Below are positions 13,235-30,697 of a stretch of 64,000 bases of DNA, piece by piece. The stretch lies in NCBI RefSeq assembly GCF_009914755.1, contig NC_060934.1; one strand, 5' to 3'. Both the position numbers and the translations under genes were made by a program. The DNA comes from the human T2T-CHM13v2.0 reference genome, Homo sapiens. Below the pieces are notes generated by a model that saw nothing but the letters and a program-made list of their open reading frames with translations, was not told where the DNA came from and ran no database searches. Each line of letters begins with the position of its first letter. The first letter of the stretch is position 1.

Positions 13235-14310
13235 CACATTCATTGGTGGGTCGAACATTTATTGAGCATGATATGCCAGCAGAGAACAGGATAGTCACTA
13301 AAGTCAGACAGATGATGCTCCCCGGGAGGGAGCAGCTCTTCAATGGGCACTAATTCATCACTTAATTGAAAATATAGTAAGAGTGAGAGAGGGGCAGGCA
13401 GCCCTGAGAGTGTAGGAAGTGCCTGACCTCACTTCTGGGGGCCCCTGGAAGAAGTCATATTGGAGCTGATTGCTAAAAGATAAGCAGACATTCTCAGAGG
13501 GAGGGAGGTATTCTAGCAAAGGGGACAGCTGGTAGTAAGACCTGCCGGCACTATGAAAGTTGATCATAGGAACTGGGTCATTCTTGTCATACCCAATTAA
13601 AACAGAGTCGAGAAGCCAAGGGGAAAAAAGCATTTGGGACACATGACATTGCTCCAGAAATGAAATTCTTTGTGAGTCTGGCTGTGGAAACAACCTGTTT
13701 TAATGGGAGACAAGTTTTAGCTAACAGTGGCCGAAACAACCTGCAGTAGCTCTAAGACTAATTTTACCCAGTGCCTTAGCTCAGCAGCTTCAGCTCCCCG
13801 TCTCCCCAAACCTTTACTGATACCAATGACTTTCAAGACCTCGGCTGACATTTCTCTTTTTTATAAAACCCCCAATCTTCTCTTTGTTCTTCAGACATAC
13901 CAGAGACTACCTGGCCTGGGTTTATGCCCCAAGTTGCAGTTCTTGTATCCCAAATGAAACATCATTGCAGAGATTCATCTCTACATTTTAATTTCAACTT
14001 CAACAGCACCAAATGCCCTGGAATTAACAAGAAGGGCACGAGCCTGGAGGAGAGTGATGAGGCCAGGTGGCAGAAAGCCATATATAAAACAGACTGCCAT
14101 ATAGAGGGATTTAAACAGTGGGAAGATGGGATCAAATGGAGTTTAACAATAATCTCCCAGCTGCCAGTGGACAATGGACCAGCTAGGGCCAGAGTGATCC
14201 AGGGACCCTGCTAGAAGGCCCTTGGGGTCACCCAGGGGATAGATGAGGGTGGCTGAGATGAGGGTGGGGGCTCTGGACATGGAGAGAAATTGATTGCCTT
14301 GAAAGACAAT
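13235..14310 (-). mobile_element. L2 LINE fragment interrupted by an ERV LTR
   Basis: CATTCATT...ACATTTATTGAGCA L2 terminus, followed by purine-rich L2-like sequence on both sides of the LTR. Confidence 0.55.
13552..14005 (+). mobile_element. ERV solo LTR (LTR47/MER72-like)
   Basis: T(A)TGAAAGTTGATCATAGG...GGGTCATTCTTGTCATACCCAA start, TATAAAA box, ends ...CTTCAACA. 4-bp TSD GCAC. Confidence 0.7.
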
Positions 14311-16116
14311 CTGGTTTAAATTCAGAGAATCTCCCAATGTAACCTCACTGAAAAGGAATGCAACTCAGAACAAGACAGCGTAGCACTCTAGTACACAGCG
14401 CCCTGGGAAAAGCCCAGAAGCTTGCATGGAACCTTTAAACCATGGATGTACCTTGCAAGATGCCCCACCCAGGGCCAGAAAATGGGCCATGGGGTGTGTG
14501 CCCAGTGCCTGTCCCCACCCCCCATGGCACATTAGGTTGGCTTCCGGCACCACGCTGCTCAGGCCTTAAGGTCTAAGAGAAAGGTAGGCTGCCTTCTGGC
14601 CTGTCCCTGTATTCCCTGCGGCACTGCCAGCAGGGAGGGTGGCCACGTTTGTAGGAGATGTCAAAACAGAGGGTACTTCGGAGGCTCTTCTCAAAGTCAG
14701 GCACCCCAGGCTGTTGCTCAGCCAGCATCCTGGCAGAGGTCTGGAGCTGCCTGTGTGACAGAGCTCTGGCTGTGAGGGACAGGCTGAGCCTGCCCAGTGA
14801 CTCCAATCATCTGTCAGCCTGGGGTGGACAGCAGCATGATGCAATGGCTAAGGCAGGCCCACCCACCCCAAAGAGAGTGGAGACTCTGTCTCCCCCTGTG
14901 ATTGTGGGTTTGTCACTTCTTTGACTCACCTTCCATATGCTAAGGCTGGGTTGTGAGGAGCACAGACATTCAGAATCATTACATAACCCTGACTATCAGT
15001 ATTGATTTTGCCCTATCTCTAAAAGTGTTTTTTGCCTTAAAGTCAACTGTGTCTGGAGTAAGTACAGTTATTTTGGCTTCATGTTGGTTAGTTTTCCCCA
15101 TAAAACACATAACAGTTACTTTCCCTTTAAATCTGTATTTATCCTAGTATTTGAGGTCTGCATGTCATGACTACTATTTGGGAGACAACTGGGAGCGTGG
15201 CCAGGACCAGTGGGGCTGTCCCCTGTGGGTAGCACTGGAGGCAGCAGGGGTAACTTGCAGGCCATCACCAGGATGAGCTGCGGGACAGAAGCAGGTGTCA
15301 CCAGAACCACCATCAGTGCGTTTGTAGCCTGGTCTCCTAGCTGGCAGTGGCCACGCCTTCTGGTGATGTGTGGGTACCATCATGAGACCTAAACTGAATA
15401 AAAACCCAACCGGAAGCCAGAAACGCCTTTTTTTTTTAAATGTGGAAAGGAAGTTGGAACATCTCAAATACTACTAAGACTCAATGTGAGGGGTGAAAAT
15501 AAAATACTGACTCCATGATATATTATAAGGAGTATAATGCTATTATAATTTTAGGCATTCTTGTACTTAAGCACAAGTATCTGCAAATAGTTCAGTGAAA
15601 TCAATAAAAGGTCAGACATAGGCCAAATAAATTCAGTTAAGTCAGGACCCAATTACAAATAGGAGCAACCTGCCTCAGTAGAGTGTATGCAAAACCAAGA
15701 AAACACACTGCTATGTCACTGGAAGAGGCACGTGGTATGGGCCTCAGAGGTGTCCAGATTACCTGGACCTGTAGGCCATCAGAAAACTCTGCCTACAGCC
15801 TCTCTCCACCCTATAAACCCAAACTCCTGACAGTGTGGGCAGCTCCAGGCCCACAAACAAATAGGTCTGTGATGATGGCAATTACAGATATCATGAGAGA
15901 GTCACTCTCTACCCTGAACAAAAGACTCACCATGCAGGCAGGACATGCAGCATTATGGCTGACACAGTGGGGTCAGGTAACCCCCTGTGGTCACACAGCT
16001 GGCCTGTGAATAGAATGTGGGGAAATAGTGTTGGACAGACAAAAGTTAACAGCCACTCCACATCATTAGCTAGTACTTCATGGTTAATGAAGAAGATGGT
16101 ATTTCAAATCCATGCA

Positions 16117-16505
16117 TGTTATGGACTCAACATTTGTGCCTCCTTAAAACTTGCACAGGGAAACCCTAACCTTCAAGGAGACTGCATTTGTGGACAGGAC
16201 CTTTAAGGAGGTACTCAAGCTCAATGATGCTATGAGGTAGGGCCCTAACCCTATAGGACTGCTGTCCTTACAAGAGGAAGAGATGCCAGTGGTTTCTCTG
16301 TCTCTCCAGGAGCACAGTGAATAGGCCATGTGAGGACATGACGAGAAGGCAGCTGTCTGCCACCCAGGAAGCAGAGGCCTTACCAGACACAAGCCCGTTG
16401 GCACTTTGGTCTTGCACTTTCAGCATCCAAAACTTTATAAATGTCTGTTATTTAAGTCATCCAGACTGTGGTATTTCGTTATTGCACCCTGAGCAGACTA
16501 ACAGA
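16117..16505 (+). mobile_element. MLT1A-like MaLR LTR
   Basis: TGTTATGGACTCAA...GGCCATGTGAGGACA...TTTAAGTCATCCAGACTGTGGTATTT...GAGCAGACTAA. Confidence 0.8.
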
Positions 16506-16538
16506 ATGGGTTAGGAGTAATTTGGTCAAGAATCTTAG

Positions 16539-16953
<415 letters not shown>

Positions 16954-16995
16954 AAGCAATTCAATTTCAACAACATCTGTTTTAACAGTTTAAGC

Positions 16996-17336
16996 CAGGG
17001 GTTCCAACGCTGGGCTTTGGACTGGTACTGAAATGTGGCCTGTTGAGAACCAGGCCATATGGCAGGAGGTGAACAGCAGGCAAATAAGCATTACCTCCTG
17101 AGCTCTGCTTCCTGTCAGACTAGCCGCAGCGCTGGATTTTCACAGGAGCACAAACACTATTGTGAACTGCGCATACAAGGGATCTAGGCTGCACGCGCCT
17201 TATGAGAATCTAACTCATGCTTGGTGATCTGAGTGGAAGTTTCATCCTGAAACCATCCCCCACCCCACCCTGGGTCTGTGGAAAAATTGTCTTCCACAAA
17301 ACTGGTCCCTGGTACCAAAAAGGTTGGGGACCACTG
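16996..17336. mobile_element. MER1B hAT-Charlie DNA transposon
   Basis: TIRs CAGGGGTTCCAAC / GTTGGGGACCACTG. 8-bp TSD GTTTAAG(C/G). Confidence 0.9.
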
Positions 17337-18539
17337 GTTTAAGGGACAGAAAGACCTGATGGCATGCTATGATTCCAAGAACGTTTTTATTGCTCATCAA
17401 TATACAAACATATTTCCTTCAAACAATAGAATAATAAATAACTTGATTTCCAGTGCTTGTAGTTACCCAGGACACAATCATAGGCATCCTTGAAGCAATT
17501 TTCTGATTAGTAGTTGGACACTATAACTGCAGTATGTAATACTTTTTGAAGTGAGTACTGTTATAAAATTAACCTCTGGTCATATGCTGAGTCCAAAAGG
17601 ACCACAAAAGGGAAAATTAGTCTCAGCCAATCATAAAACCTCAACCAAGTTAAATCCCTGAATAACTGTGTAGAAGTGAGTAACATAACCAAATCCAGAC
17701 TGCTAAAAAGCTGAAGATGGCTCTGGAGTAGGCAAATAATAGCTTATTGCCTCCCACCAATTCATGACAGAGTAATTTTGTAAACTGTCGCAGCTATAGA
17801 GAATATGTTGTTTACCAAGTGCTGATATATCCAAAGCACTTTACTTACTTTGTTCCTCACAATGACCCTTTGAGGAAGTTTCTGTTGTTAACGGCCTTGT
17901 GAATATGAAGAAACAGAAACCCTGAGAGGTTAAGGCCAGCAGTCACACAGGTAACGTGCGGATCAGAGAGCTACCTGCTGGCCCCATCATTGGCAAGGCA
18001 CAGCGCAGCAGTCCATCACTAGAAATGCAAATGCCGAGATCCCTCAGCCACACGGCACTTGGTGCGCACACTCATGACATATGTGGCTGTCCCATTAAAG
18101 ATACCAGGGATAGGAGCAAAGGGGAAAGTCTGTTCGGGGCTGCTTTTCACTGAGTAGAATAAAATGAGTACTATTGTTCAGAGCTGTTTAAAAATTCAGG
18201 CCTAAGCTGTTAACAGTTGTGTGTCTGATGTGTGCATTTCTATGTGAGTAATGTTTCTGTTAGACTCACTGGCTGGCACTGTGTTAGCAGCAAACTTTAG
18301 AAAAATATATTAAGAGACAATTTGGTAACACTGGTCACAATGATTTACGTACACTAGGAGAGTAGGAAAAATGTACCTAGTTTAATACTTTAGGGTTAAT
18401 CTATTTAACAAACTATAAAGTGGCTAGAGTGGCATTTAATGTAAGTCACAATATTTATTACACTAAATGTATATATTCCCTACCCACAATTATGCCTGGT
18501 CCTATCAGGGAAAATTCTGTTAACATAGAACACTCATAT

Positions 18540-18700
18540 GCATCAGCTACCTCCTTGAGGGGGCTGCTCTGTGCACAGCAGGCTGTTTAACAGCAACCTG
18601 GGCTCTACCCACTGGGTGCCAGTAGCTCCTCCCAGCCTCTAGTAACAACCAAAAATGTCTCCACTCATAGCCAAATATCCCCTGCCAGGGTATGCCATCT
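18540..18700. mobile_element. MER20-like DNA transposon fragment
   Basis: CTCTACCCACTGGGTGCCAGTAGC...ACAACCAAAAATGTCTCC...GCCAAATATCCCCTG. Confidence 0.7.
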
Positions 18701-19064
18701 CTCATATTTAACTACTGGTGTATAGTCAAATATATTAAACATTTTTAATGCTTTAACATTTCTGTTAGAAAATTTACATCTATATTAGACGTTGATAGTT
18801 TTCCTTCATTTTAAATTCTCTGACATAATAATGTTGGAAGTTTTGTTTGAAAGTGATGACACATTAAAAATCTTCATAAAGATTCGCTTTATTCTCAGCA
18901 TTTAGTGAGATGTCCCTGTGACAAGATGTTCCAAATATGTTCCAAATTGTTTCTCCCCACATTTCACTGACTTTTCCATAAACTGACTTGGGATCAAAGG
19001 TGACAATATAGGTGTGAATTTTCTGATCTAGAAAAACTAGTACTTTCTCTCAGAAAGCTCACAG

Positions 19065-19480
19065 ATTAGCTACAGTGGGCTGTTTGTATTGTAATGCAAA
19101 CACACCACATAAACAATGGCTCAACAGAGCAGGAATTTCTTACTCAAGTAAAGCACAAATGGAGGGTTTTAGCGTAGAGGTGGGAAGACTTCTGCTCTCT
19201 TCAGTGAATTCTTTCTGTCCTAAATCATGGTGGACTTCTCTCACGCGTGGCTCCCGAGGCCACCTTGGGGGTCATGATCTGCACTTCAGTCCGAGGTGCC
19301 ATGAGAAATCAGGGATGACCTTTTTCATTGCCAGGCCTGGAAGTAATGTTCACCACTTGTGTCCATATTCTCCTGGACAGAGCTGTTGCATGAAGCCATC
19401 CATAATGGTGGGAAGCTGCGAAATGTGTGTCGGAGAAAAGAGGATGTTTTTGTGGAAACACATAGCTGGTCTCTGACACA
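19065..19480 (-). mobile_element. Old MLT1-type LTR abutting the last zinc finger
   Basis: ATAAACAATGGCTCAAC...GCCAGGCCTGGAAGT...CACTTGTGTCCATATTC...TCTCTGACACA resembles old MLT1 LTRs. Left boundary approximate. Confidence 0.5.
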
Positions 19481-21327
<1,847 letters not shown>

Positions 21328-22249
21328 CTGAAATGAGAAAAAATAACCACAACATGAAGCACATATTAACCATTTCTTATGGGCTTCTCATGTAAGGAAA
21401 AAGAAGTTATTTCTTATCCCACTGGTTTTGGTAGTGGTTTTATAAATATATGGTTTTCCTTACTACTGACTTAATGTAATGAATCACAGGAATCTATTTT
21501 CCAATGTTACACTGTGTTTTCCTTTTCTTTTTAACTCATGAAGAAATATTTGCTAATTATACTCACCTCCTGCCTAACGGTAGTTGTCACCTAAGTGCTT
21601 ATCACCTGCCATTTGTTTTCTCACTTCTTTTTATTTTATTCTGAAAACAACAGTGGGTGTCTAATGCTGGTATTTCTCATTCTTCTGCTTTGATGATGGC
21701 AACATTTCCCTGGATCAGTTACTTGCAGGTACAGGGGAAGGCCATTTGTCTGTATCCTATGATTTAGGGACAGGATTTTCCATCTATGTTTTAGTTTTCA
21801 CTCTTTTCTGGGAATGGCTATAGATATTTGGGGGTTTTTCAAATATAAATCGCTCATTCCCTATGCTTGATAAAGACACATTCCTGCAACTACCTTCCTC
21901 TGCTTCTCAGAACCATAACAGGTACAGAAAGCTCCAGTCTACCACCCTGGGCACCGCTTCCTTACTACCCTACAGGTTTTCATTCTGCAGCCTAGGCTGT
22001 GCCCATATTAAAAAATGTACTTTTGGCTCCTTGTAAGATAAATTTCCCTGACATTCTTTCTCCATTTCTAGTCCACACACCACTGCTTGATAATTCACTG
22101 CTTCTGAAGGCTTTCATTTTGTGTGCTGGAGTTTGAGTTCTTAGTTTCATAGAAAATATGTCTCCCATACATTTCACATTCTTTTTGTTGTTTCAGAATG
22201 ATTTCTAGTAATAGAAGAGGAAAATGCTAACTTCAAACTCTACTCCCAA

Positions 22250-22870
22250 ACAGAAATCTGAGCTCTTCAAAATGAAAGCCTTGATTCTCTCGTCCTTGGC
22301 ATCCAGAATCTCCTGATTCTCCACCCAAGTCAAGGACCACTCCTTTGTATGCCTCTATGCTGAGTCCTCCTCAGTTTCATGACTTCTGGTGGTGTAGTAC
22401 ACAAGGTTCACTCACAGACTTCTCATTTGCTTATCAACTCCCTCAGAGACTTTCTTTATAAGTATTATGTTAAATACCAGCCTTAAGCTACTCATTTCCA
22501 AATTTCTATCTCCAATAGGAATGTCCACTCTTGAAACTATATGTTATATTCACCTATTATATGTCAAAATTGGAAAGCATTAACTCAAACTGAATCTATG
22601 CTGAAGTAAACACTTAATAATCACTCTGAAACTGCCTTCTCTGATGATTCTTCCTAAATTATCACATCCTATACTCTTGCTCTCTTTCTTACTCTTAAGT
22701 ATTTCTTGTGCTTCTTAAACTACCCAATTTATCATTGTTTCTTTCTCATCAGAACAGAAACTCCATGAAAAAGGAGCATTATTTTGATCACAGTTATAAC
22801 TATAAAATTACCAATATTTAAAACGTGCTGAATTAAGATGTGTTGAAAGAATAAACTGATGTATGAATAC
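22250..22870 (+). mobile_element. L2 LINE 3' fragment
   Basis: Pyrimidine-rich L2-like body ending ...TGTTGAAAGAATAAACTGATGTATGAAT. Confidence 0.5.
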
Positions 22871-23186
22871 ATGTCTGAAAAAAGACCCGTCCATGCAAAT
22901 AGAGGAAAGGAGGACAACTGAGAATATTGAGAAAATAAAAAGCAAAGGAAGATGTCTAAGAATAGGAAGGCAGGAATTAGGTTTTGAGCAAATAGACTAT
23001 TCATCAAAATAAAAGGCTGGGTTATATGTATGAGAGGTATTCTTGGGGTCTATATAGTGCCTGTGTTTGGTGCATGCAGACTAACTGTTCTCAGGTCTAG
23101 GACCTGGGTAAAAATTGGTGAAAACAAATTGGCATCTGCTGGGCTTTACTGCTCCAGGTGTCCCTGTCTAGCACATGCTGACTGAC

Positions 23187-23279
23187 CTGAGAGGCTCTGA
23201 TTTGGGGCTTCCTCCACCCTCCGTGGCTGTGTTCCTTGCTCCAACTCAAAGATCAGTTCAGGTTTGGTAATGCAATGCC
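23187..23279 (-). pseudogene. KRAB-B exon (93 bp)
   Basis: Translates HCITKPELIFELEQGTQPRRVEEAPNQSLS. AG acceptor at 23281-23280, GTCAGT donor at 23186. Confidence 0.92.
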
Positions 23280-23525
23280 CTTTTAATTGGAAATAATGTA
23301 AGACTTTGTCAAAATGCTAAGTCAGGTCCTTTGAAGAATGACAACAGCTTGGCTTCAGGAGCTGTGCAATGAAGGAGCCAATTTCAGCCTTTCGTTGGAG
23401 AGGATGACACATTCTTCATGGACTGGAATCTGATACCTAAATAGCAGTAAATTTATACAGGTTCCTGTATTTATCAGGAAGGAATAAAGTGTTGCTCCTT
23501 GGAGTTACTGGCAGGTTTCACTCAC

Positions 23526-23652
23526 TCGATGATACGAGGATGCTATAGGTCTCCAGCATCACATCTCTTTACAGGGTCCCCTGAGCATTGTGCAGATGCT
23601 GCCATTCCTCCTAGGTAAAGTCCATGGCCATATCTTCAAAGGACACCAACCC
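23526..23652 (-). pseudogene. KRAB-A exon (canonical 127 bp) with two nonsense codons
   Basis: [40 protein letters not shown]. TATAG acceptor and GTGAGT donor intact. Confidence 0.95.
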
Positions 23653-23779
23653 CTATAATGGCTTATTTCTCAAGTCATTGGGCCTGGGTCACACAGTTTT
23701 CTGGGAATTTGCCCTTCTGTGTGTGTGTATCTTACATGTAGGTATGCTCACTGACAGCCCCCACCAAGCCTCCAGCCAC

Positions 23780-25990
<2,211 letters not shown>

Positions 25991-27849
25991 CACTGACTGA
26001 AAAAGTTATTAGAGACCATACGTAGCACTTTGGTTTGAAACATAGGGTGCATTGGTTTGAAAAACAGGGTGTGTGAATAGTAGCTTCAACAGAAATGAAT
26101 AAAGCACATTTCACTTTTTATGTTAGAACTCTAGACTATAGTCATGAATTTAAAATGTTCAGTATTAGATTGAGTATAGTCTTTAAAAAAGAAAACGTGA
26201 CAGGTATTTTCAACTACAAACCTACAATTGTATATTAAGAAAACTAGATAGAATCACCGAGATAAATTTATATAAGGAAAAGGTACAAATTATGAAAATC
26301 TGTGGTGCATTTTATTCTTTGCATATCTTTGTACTGACCCTTGTCCAAATGCATCCCAGTAACTCCTGAATGATTTTCCCAATGTAATCTGGAGGATGTC
26401 ACATGTGCTGGCTAAAAGCAAGGTTCACCAGGGACTGAACCTTGTCACCTAGAAAACACACCCTTAAGGTTTTGCCAAGAATCACATTTCAGATGTGACA
26501 AACTTACTGATGTCTGTGAGCACCAAATCACAAACCAGCTCTTCCCCCTAAACTGGCACTGTAAACAGACTTTAGAATAAAATACAAAGAGCAAACAAAC
26601 GTAAGTAGCAGGAGTTGACACTAGATGAGGTAAGACGTAAGAGAGAGGATTCCAGGAGAAATAGGGGTTTGGATCACTGGCTATAAGGTCATAATACCAC
26701 ATATAAGGGAATAATGGAGAATGTGGTTTTCATGTTGGATTTGTTGGTCTTGAGGGGTCTTTTGGATAGCTACAAAGAAGCATTTAATAGGGAGTTGACC
26801 CTGTGCTCTAAAGGCTGGGGAAGACATCAAAGCTGGAGAGAAACAGGACTGCAAAATCACAGAGGGCTGAGTCAGACAGGGATAACTGTAGAGTGGGATG
26901 GGTGGGAAATGAGATAGTACACTTGTATGAGGTACATTAAGGAGAAGAAAGTAGGAGAATTCAGGGAAAAAGAGAAGAAACGATCAGTGAGCTCATGATA
27001 GAAACGAACACAGAAGAATTTCCAGCAGATCATGAACAGTGGTTTCAAATATGGCAAAAGATTCAAGTAAGGCAAAGACTAGACAATAGTCATTGGATTT
27101 TACTATAATTTAGGTTATTGGTGAGTTTTAGAAAAAATGAATTAAGACCACATTGTGCTGAGAATACATGCCAGAAAAAAGAACTTTGAACAGTCTGCTG
27201 TACACCTTGTATATACAGAAGAACTGAGAGAAAGGTATAGATAATTATTTAAGGGTCTGTGGTTGACTCAGTCCCCTAGATGTTCCAGGTTTTACTTATG
27301 AATGAAGTTTGACCTTCCAAAACCTGTCTAGGACAACATATTTTAGTAACTCCAGAAATACCTTATTCTGGAAGTTGTGTTTTAGTGCCAGGGATCCATT
27401 TCAACTGCAGAATGTGAAAAGCATTTACCTTCCAGGTTGGTAGTGAAAAAGTTTCCACCACATCATCTATGTCACTAATGAAGTCAGTGTTTCAGACTCT
27501 GGTGCCAGCAAGTCTTCCTGACTCACGAGAATGTAGCATGGTCTCTTCTTAGGTCCCATTCCAATCATGCAACAAACGTGACTGCCCTTTTACCATGGCA
27601 TCATAAAGATCAGAGACGTATTTGTACTCAATTTAGACAAAAACTCTAAGGTCTTATAATCTGTCCATATTTACAGGTTATTTTTATCTTATTTATTATG
27701 TCAATTTCCCTTAAGTTTTGCTCTACTTTTTTCTACTTTTCCACTTTAATTCATATACAATGTAAAAGAAAGTGAGGAATAAATTAAAAATAAACCTTGA
27801 CTCACTGAACATTTAATTTTTTGTTGCTCTTGAAAACAAATAGTAGACA

Positions 27850-28363
27850 TGTTGGGAACAGGCCCCCCCAAAATCTGGCCATAAACTGGCCCCAAAACTG
27901 GCCATAAACAAAATCTCTGTAGCACTGTGACACGTACATGATGGCCATGACGCCCATGCTGGAAGGTTGTGGGTTTACAGGAATGAGGGCAAGGAACACC
28001 CGGCCCACCCAGGGCAGAAAACCACTTAAAGGCATTCTTAAACCCCAAACAACAGTATGAGCGATCTGGGCCTTAAGGACATGCTCCTGCTGCAGATAAC
28101 TAGCCAAACCCATCCCTTTATTTCGGCCCATCGCTTTGTTTCCTGTAAGGAATACTTTTAGTTAATCTATAATCTATAGAAACAATGCTTACCACTGGCT
28201 TGCTGTCAATAAATATGTGGGTAAATCTCTGTTCGAGGCTGTCAGCTCTGAAGGCCGTGAGACCCCTGATTTCCCACTCCACATCTCTATATTTCTGTGT
28301 ATGTGTCTTTAATTCCTCTAGTGCCGCTGGGTTAGGGTCTCCCTGACCGAGCTGGTCTTGGCA
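27850..28363 (+). mobile_element. 5' LTR (MER9)
   Basis: TGTTGGGAACAGGCCCCC...GGTCTTGGCA. Contains AATAAA. Direct repeat of 34327-34829. Confidence 0.95.
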
Positions 28364-28365
28364 AG

Positions 28366-28384
28366 TGGTGCCCATACGTGGGGG
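28366..28384 (+). other. Primer binding site, tRNA-Lys
   Basis: TGGTGCCCATACGTGGGGG just after the LTR, close to the Lys(CUU) PBS TGGCGCCCAACGTGGGGC. Confidence 0.85.
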
Positions 28385-28499
28385 CTCAAACCCAGGTTGA
28401 AGGGTCGCAGAAGCAATGGAACTAAGCTGGAGGGCACCCGAGTACTCTTAAAGCAATCCCCGTGGTGAGTAAGAAGGGGAACTTGGAAGCATGAGGGTG

Positions 28500-29894
28500 A
28501 CACTGGGAGAAGTGTGGGATCTGGTTCATTCCATCTTGGAACCTTTTCACACTAATGATGAGGAGGAAGGAGAGTATAATGAAGTAACAGAAGAGGTTAC
28601 AGAGCAGGTTTGCTTGCCAGCTGAAGCGGCAAAGGAGGGAGAGGTTCATCCCTACCCTTCTGCACCCCCTCATTATTATTTTGAAGAAAAAGACCCTCCA
28701 GATCTTTCTTTTCCGGAGGACACTGGGCGAAAAGTAGTTGCCCCAGTGACTGTTCGAGCAGTGCCTCAAGCGACCACTCTCAGTTCTATTCAGGCAGGAA
28801 TTCAGCAAGCTAGATGAGAGGGTGATTTAGAGGCTTGGCAATTCCCTGTTAGAATACACCCCCAAGATCAACAGGGAGATATTATAATTACATTTCAGCC
28901 TTTTCCTTTTAAATTACTCAAAGAATTTAAACAAGCTATTAATCAGTATGGACCAGGTTCTCTTTTTGTAATGGGACTGCTAAAGAATGTTGCTGTTTCC
29001 AGTCGGATGATTCCTACTGACTGGGACACTCTTACTCGAGCTTGTCTAACTCCTGCTCAGTTCTTACAATTTAAAACTTGGTGGGCAGATGAAGCTTCCA
29101 TTCAGGCTGCTTGCAACGCTTAGGACCAACCTCAAATTAATATAACTTCAGACCAGCTTTTGGGGGTTGGTGGCTGGGCTGGTTTAGATGCACAAGTGGT
29201 CATGCAGGATGATGCCATAGAACAGCATAGAAGAGTGCGCAATAGAGCTTGGGGAAAAAAATCACTTCAGGTAGAGAACAATAACGTTCCTTTAGTGCTG
29301 TCAAACAGGGACCAAAAGAACCATATGTGGAGTTTATAGCTTGGTTACAAGAGTCTCTTAAAAAGGTGATTGCAGATTTGGCTGCTCAGGATATAGTGTT
29401 GCGGTCATTAGCTTTCGACAATGCTAATCCCGATTGCCAGGCTGCTCTGCGAACTATTAGAGGGAAAGCACATTTAGTTGATTATATCAAGGCCTGTGAT
29501 GGTATCAGAGGTAATCTGCATAAAGCTACTTTGTTGGCACAGGCAATGGCAGGACTGAGAGTGGATAAAGGAAATACTCTGTTTCCTGGAGCTTGTTTTA
29601 ACTGTGGAAAGCATGGTCATAGTAAAAAGTATGTAGAAAAAATCAGCAGGTCAGGCCGCCAGATAGAGGAAGAAAGAAAAGTGTTGAGCCTGAAATATGT
29701 CCAAAATGTAGAAAAGGAAAACATTGGGCTAATCAGTGTCACTCTAGTTTTGATAAACATGGGAACCCGATTTTGGGAAATGCCATGAGGGGCCTGTCCT
29801 GGGCCCCATTCCAAATGGGGCATTTCTGGCTCAGGCCATTCCCTCACCCCTGTACAATGTCTGTCCCCTGCCACAGCCAGTAGTGCCACAGTAG
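28500..29894 (+). pseudogene. gag: HML-3 gag remnant
   Basis: CA MHR-like QGPKEPYVEFIAWLQES, AFDNANPDCQ and zinc knuckle CFNCGKHGH. Several stops and frameshifts. Confidence 0.9.
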
Positions 29895-30697
29895 ATTTAT
29901 GCTGCACAAAAGCTGTGAGCCTTCTGCCTGGGGAGCCCCTGCAAAAGGTCCCAACAGGAGTCTGTGGACCCTTGCTAGCAGGGACGATAGGATTACTTCT
30001 AGGCAGGTCTAGTTTAAATTTAAAAGGGGTACAAATACATATAGGAGTCATTGATTCAGATTACATTGGGGAAATTCAAATTGTTATATCTACTTCTGTT
30101 CCCTGGAAAGGAGAGCCAGGAGAGCGCATAGCACAGCTCCTGATTGTGCCGTATGTGGGAATGGGGAAAAGTGAAATTAAACGAGCAGGATTTGGAAGCA
30201 CAAATAAACAAGGCAAAGCAGCTTATTGGGTAAATCAAATTACTGATAAACATCCTACCTGTGAAATAACTATTCAGGGAAAGAAATGTAAAGGTTTGGT
30301 AGATACAGGAGCAGACATTTCAATCATTTCTCTACAGCACTGGCTGTCCGTGTGGCCAATTCAACCTGCACAATTTAACATAGTTGGAGTTGGTAAAGCC
30401 CCTGAAGTATATCAAAGTAGTTATATTTTGCATCGTGAAGGGCCTGATGGACAACCTGGGACTATTCAACCAATTATAACTTCTGTACCTATAAATTTAT
30501 GGGGGAGAGATTTATTACAACAATGGGGAACACAAGTTCTAATTCCAGAACAATTATATAGCCCTCAAAATCAACATATGATGCATGAAATGGGGTATGT
30601 CCCTGGTATGGGACTAGAAAAAAATTTGCAAGGTTTGAAAGAACCGCTTCAAGCAGAAAGACAAAATTCCCGCCAAAGATTAGGATATCATTTTTGA
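29789..30697 (+). pseudogene. pro: HML-3 pro (dUTPase, aspartic protease, G-patch); frame open for about 300 codons
   Basis: dUTPase GRSS, GVIDSDY.GEI, RIAQLL, GFGST. Protease LVDTGAD and LWGRDLL. G-patch MGYVPGMGL. Confidence 0.9.

Noticed and set aside
27515-27545. Alternative start exon ACCATGCTACATTCTC|GTGAGT on the minus strand
   Set aside because: It would join KRAB-A out of phase, and it has no clear acceptor or homology to ZNF start exons.
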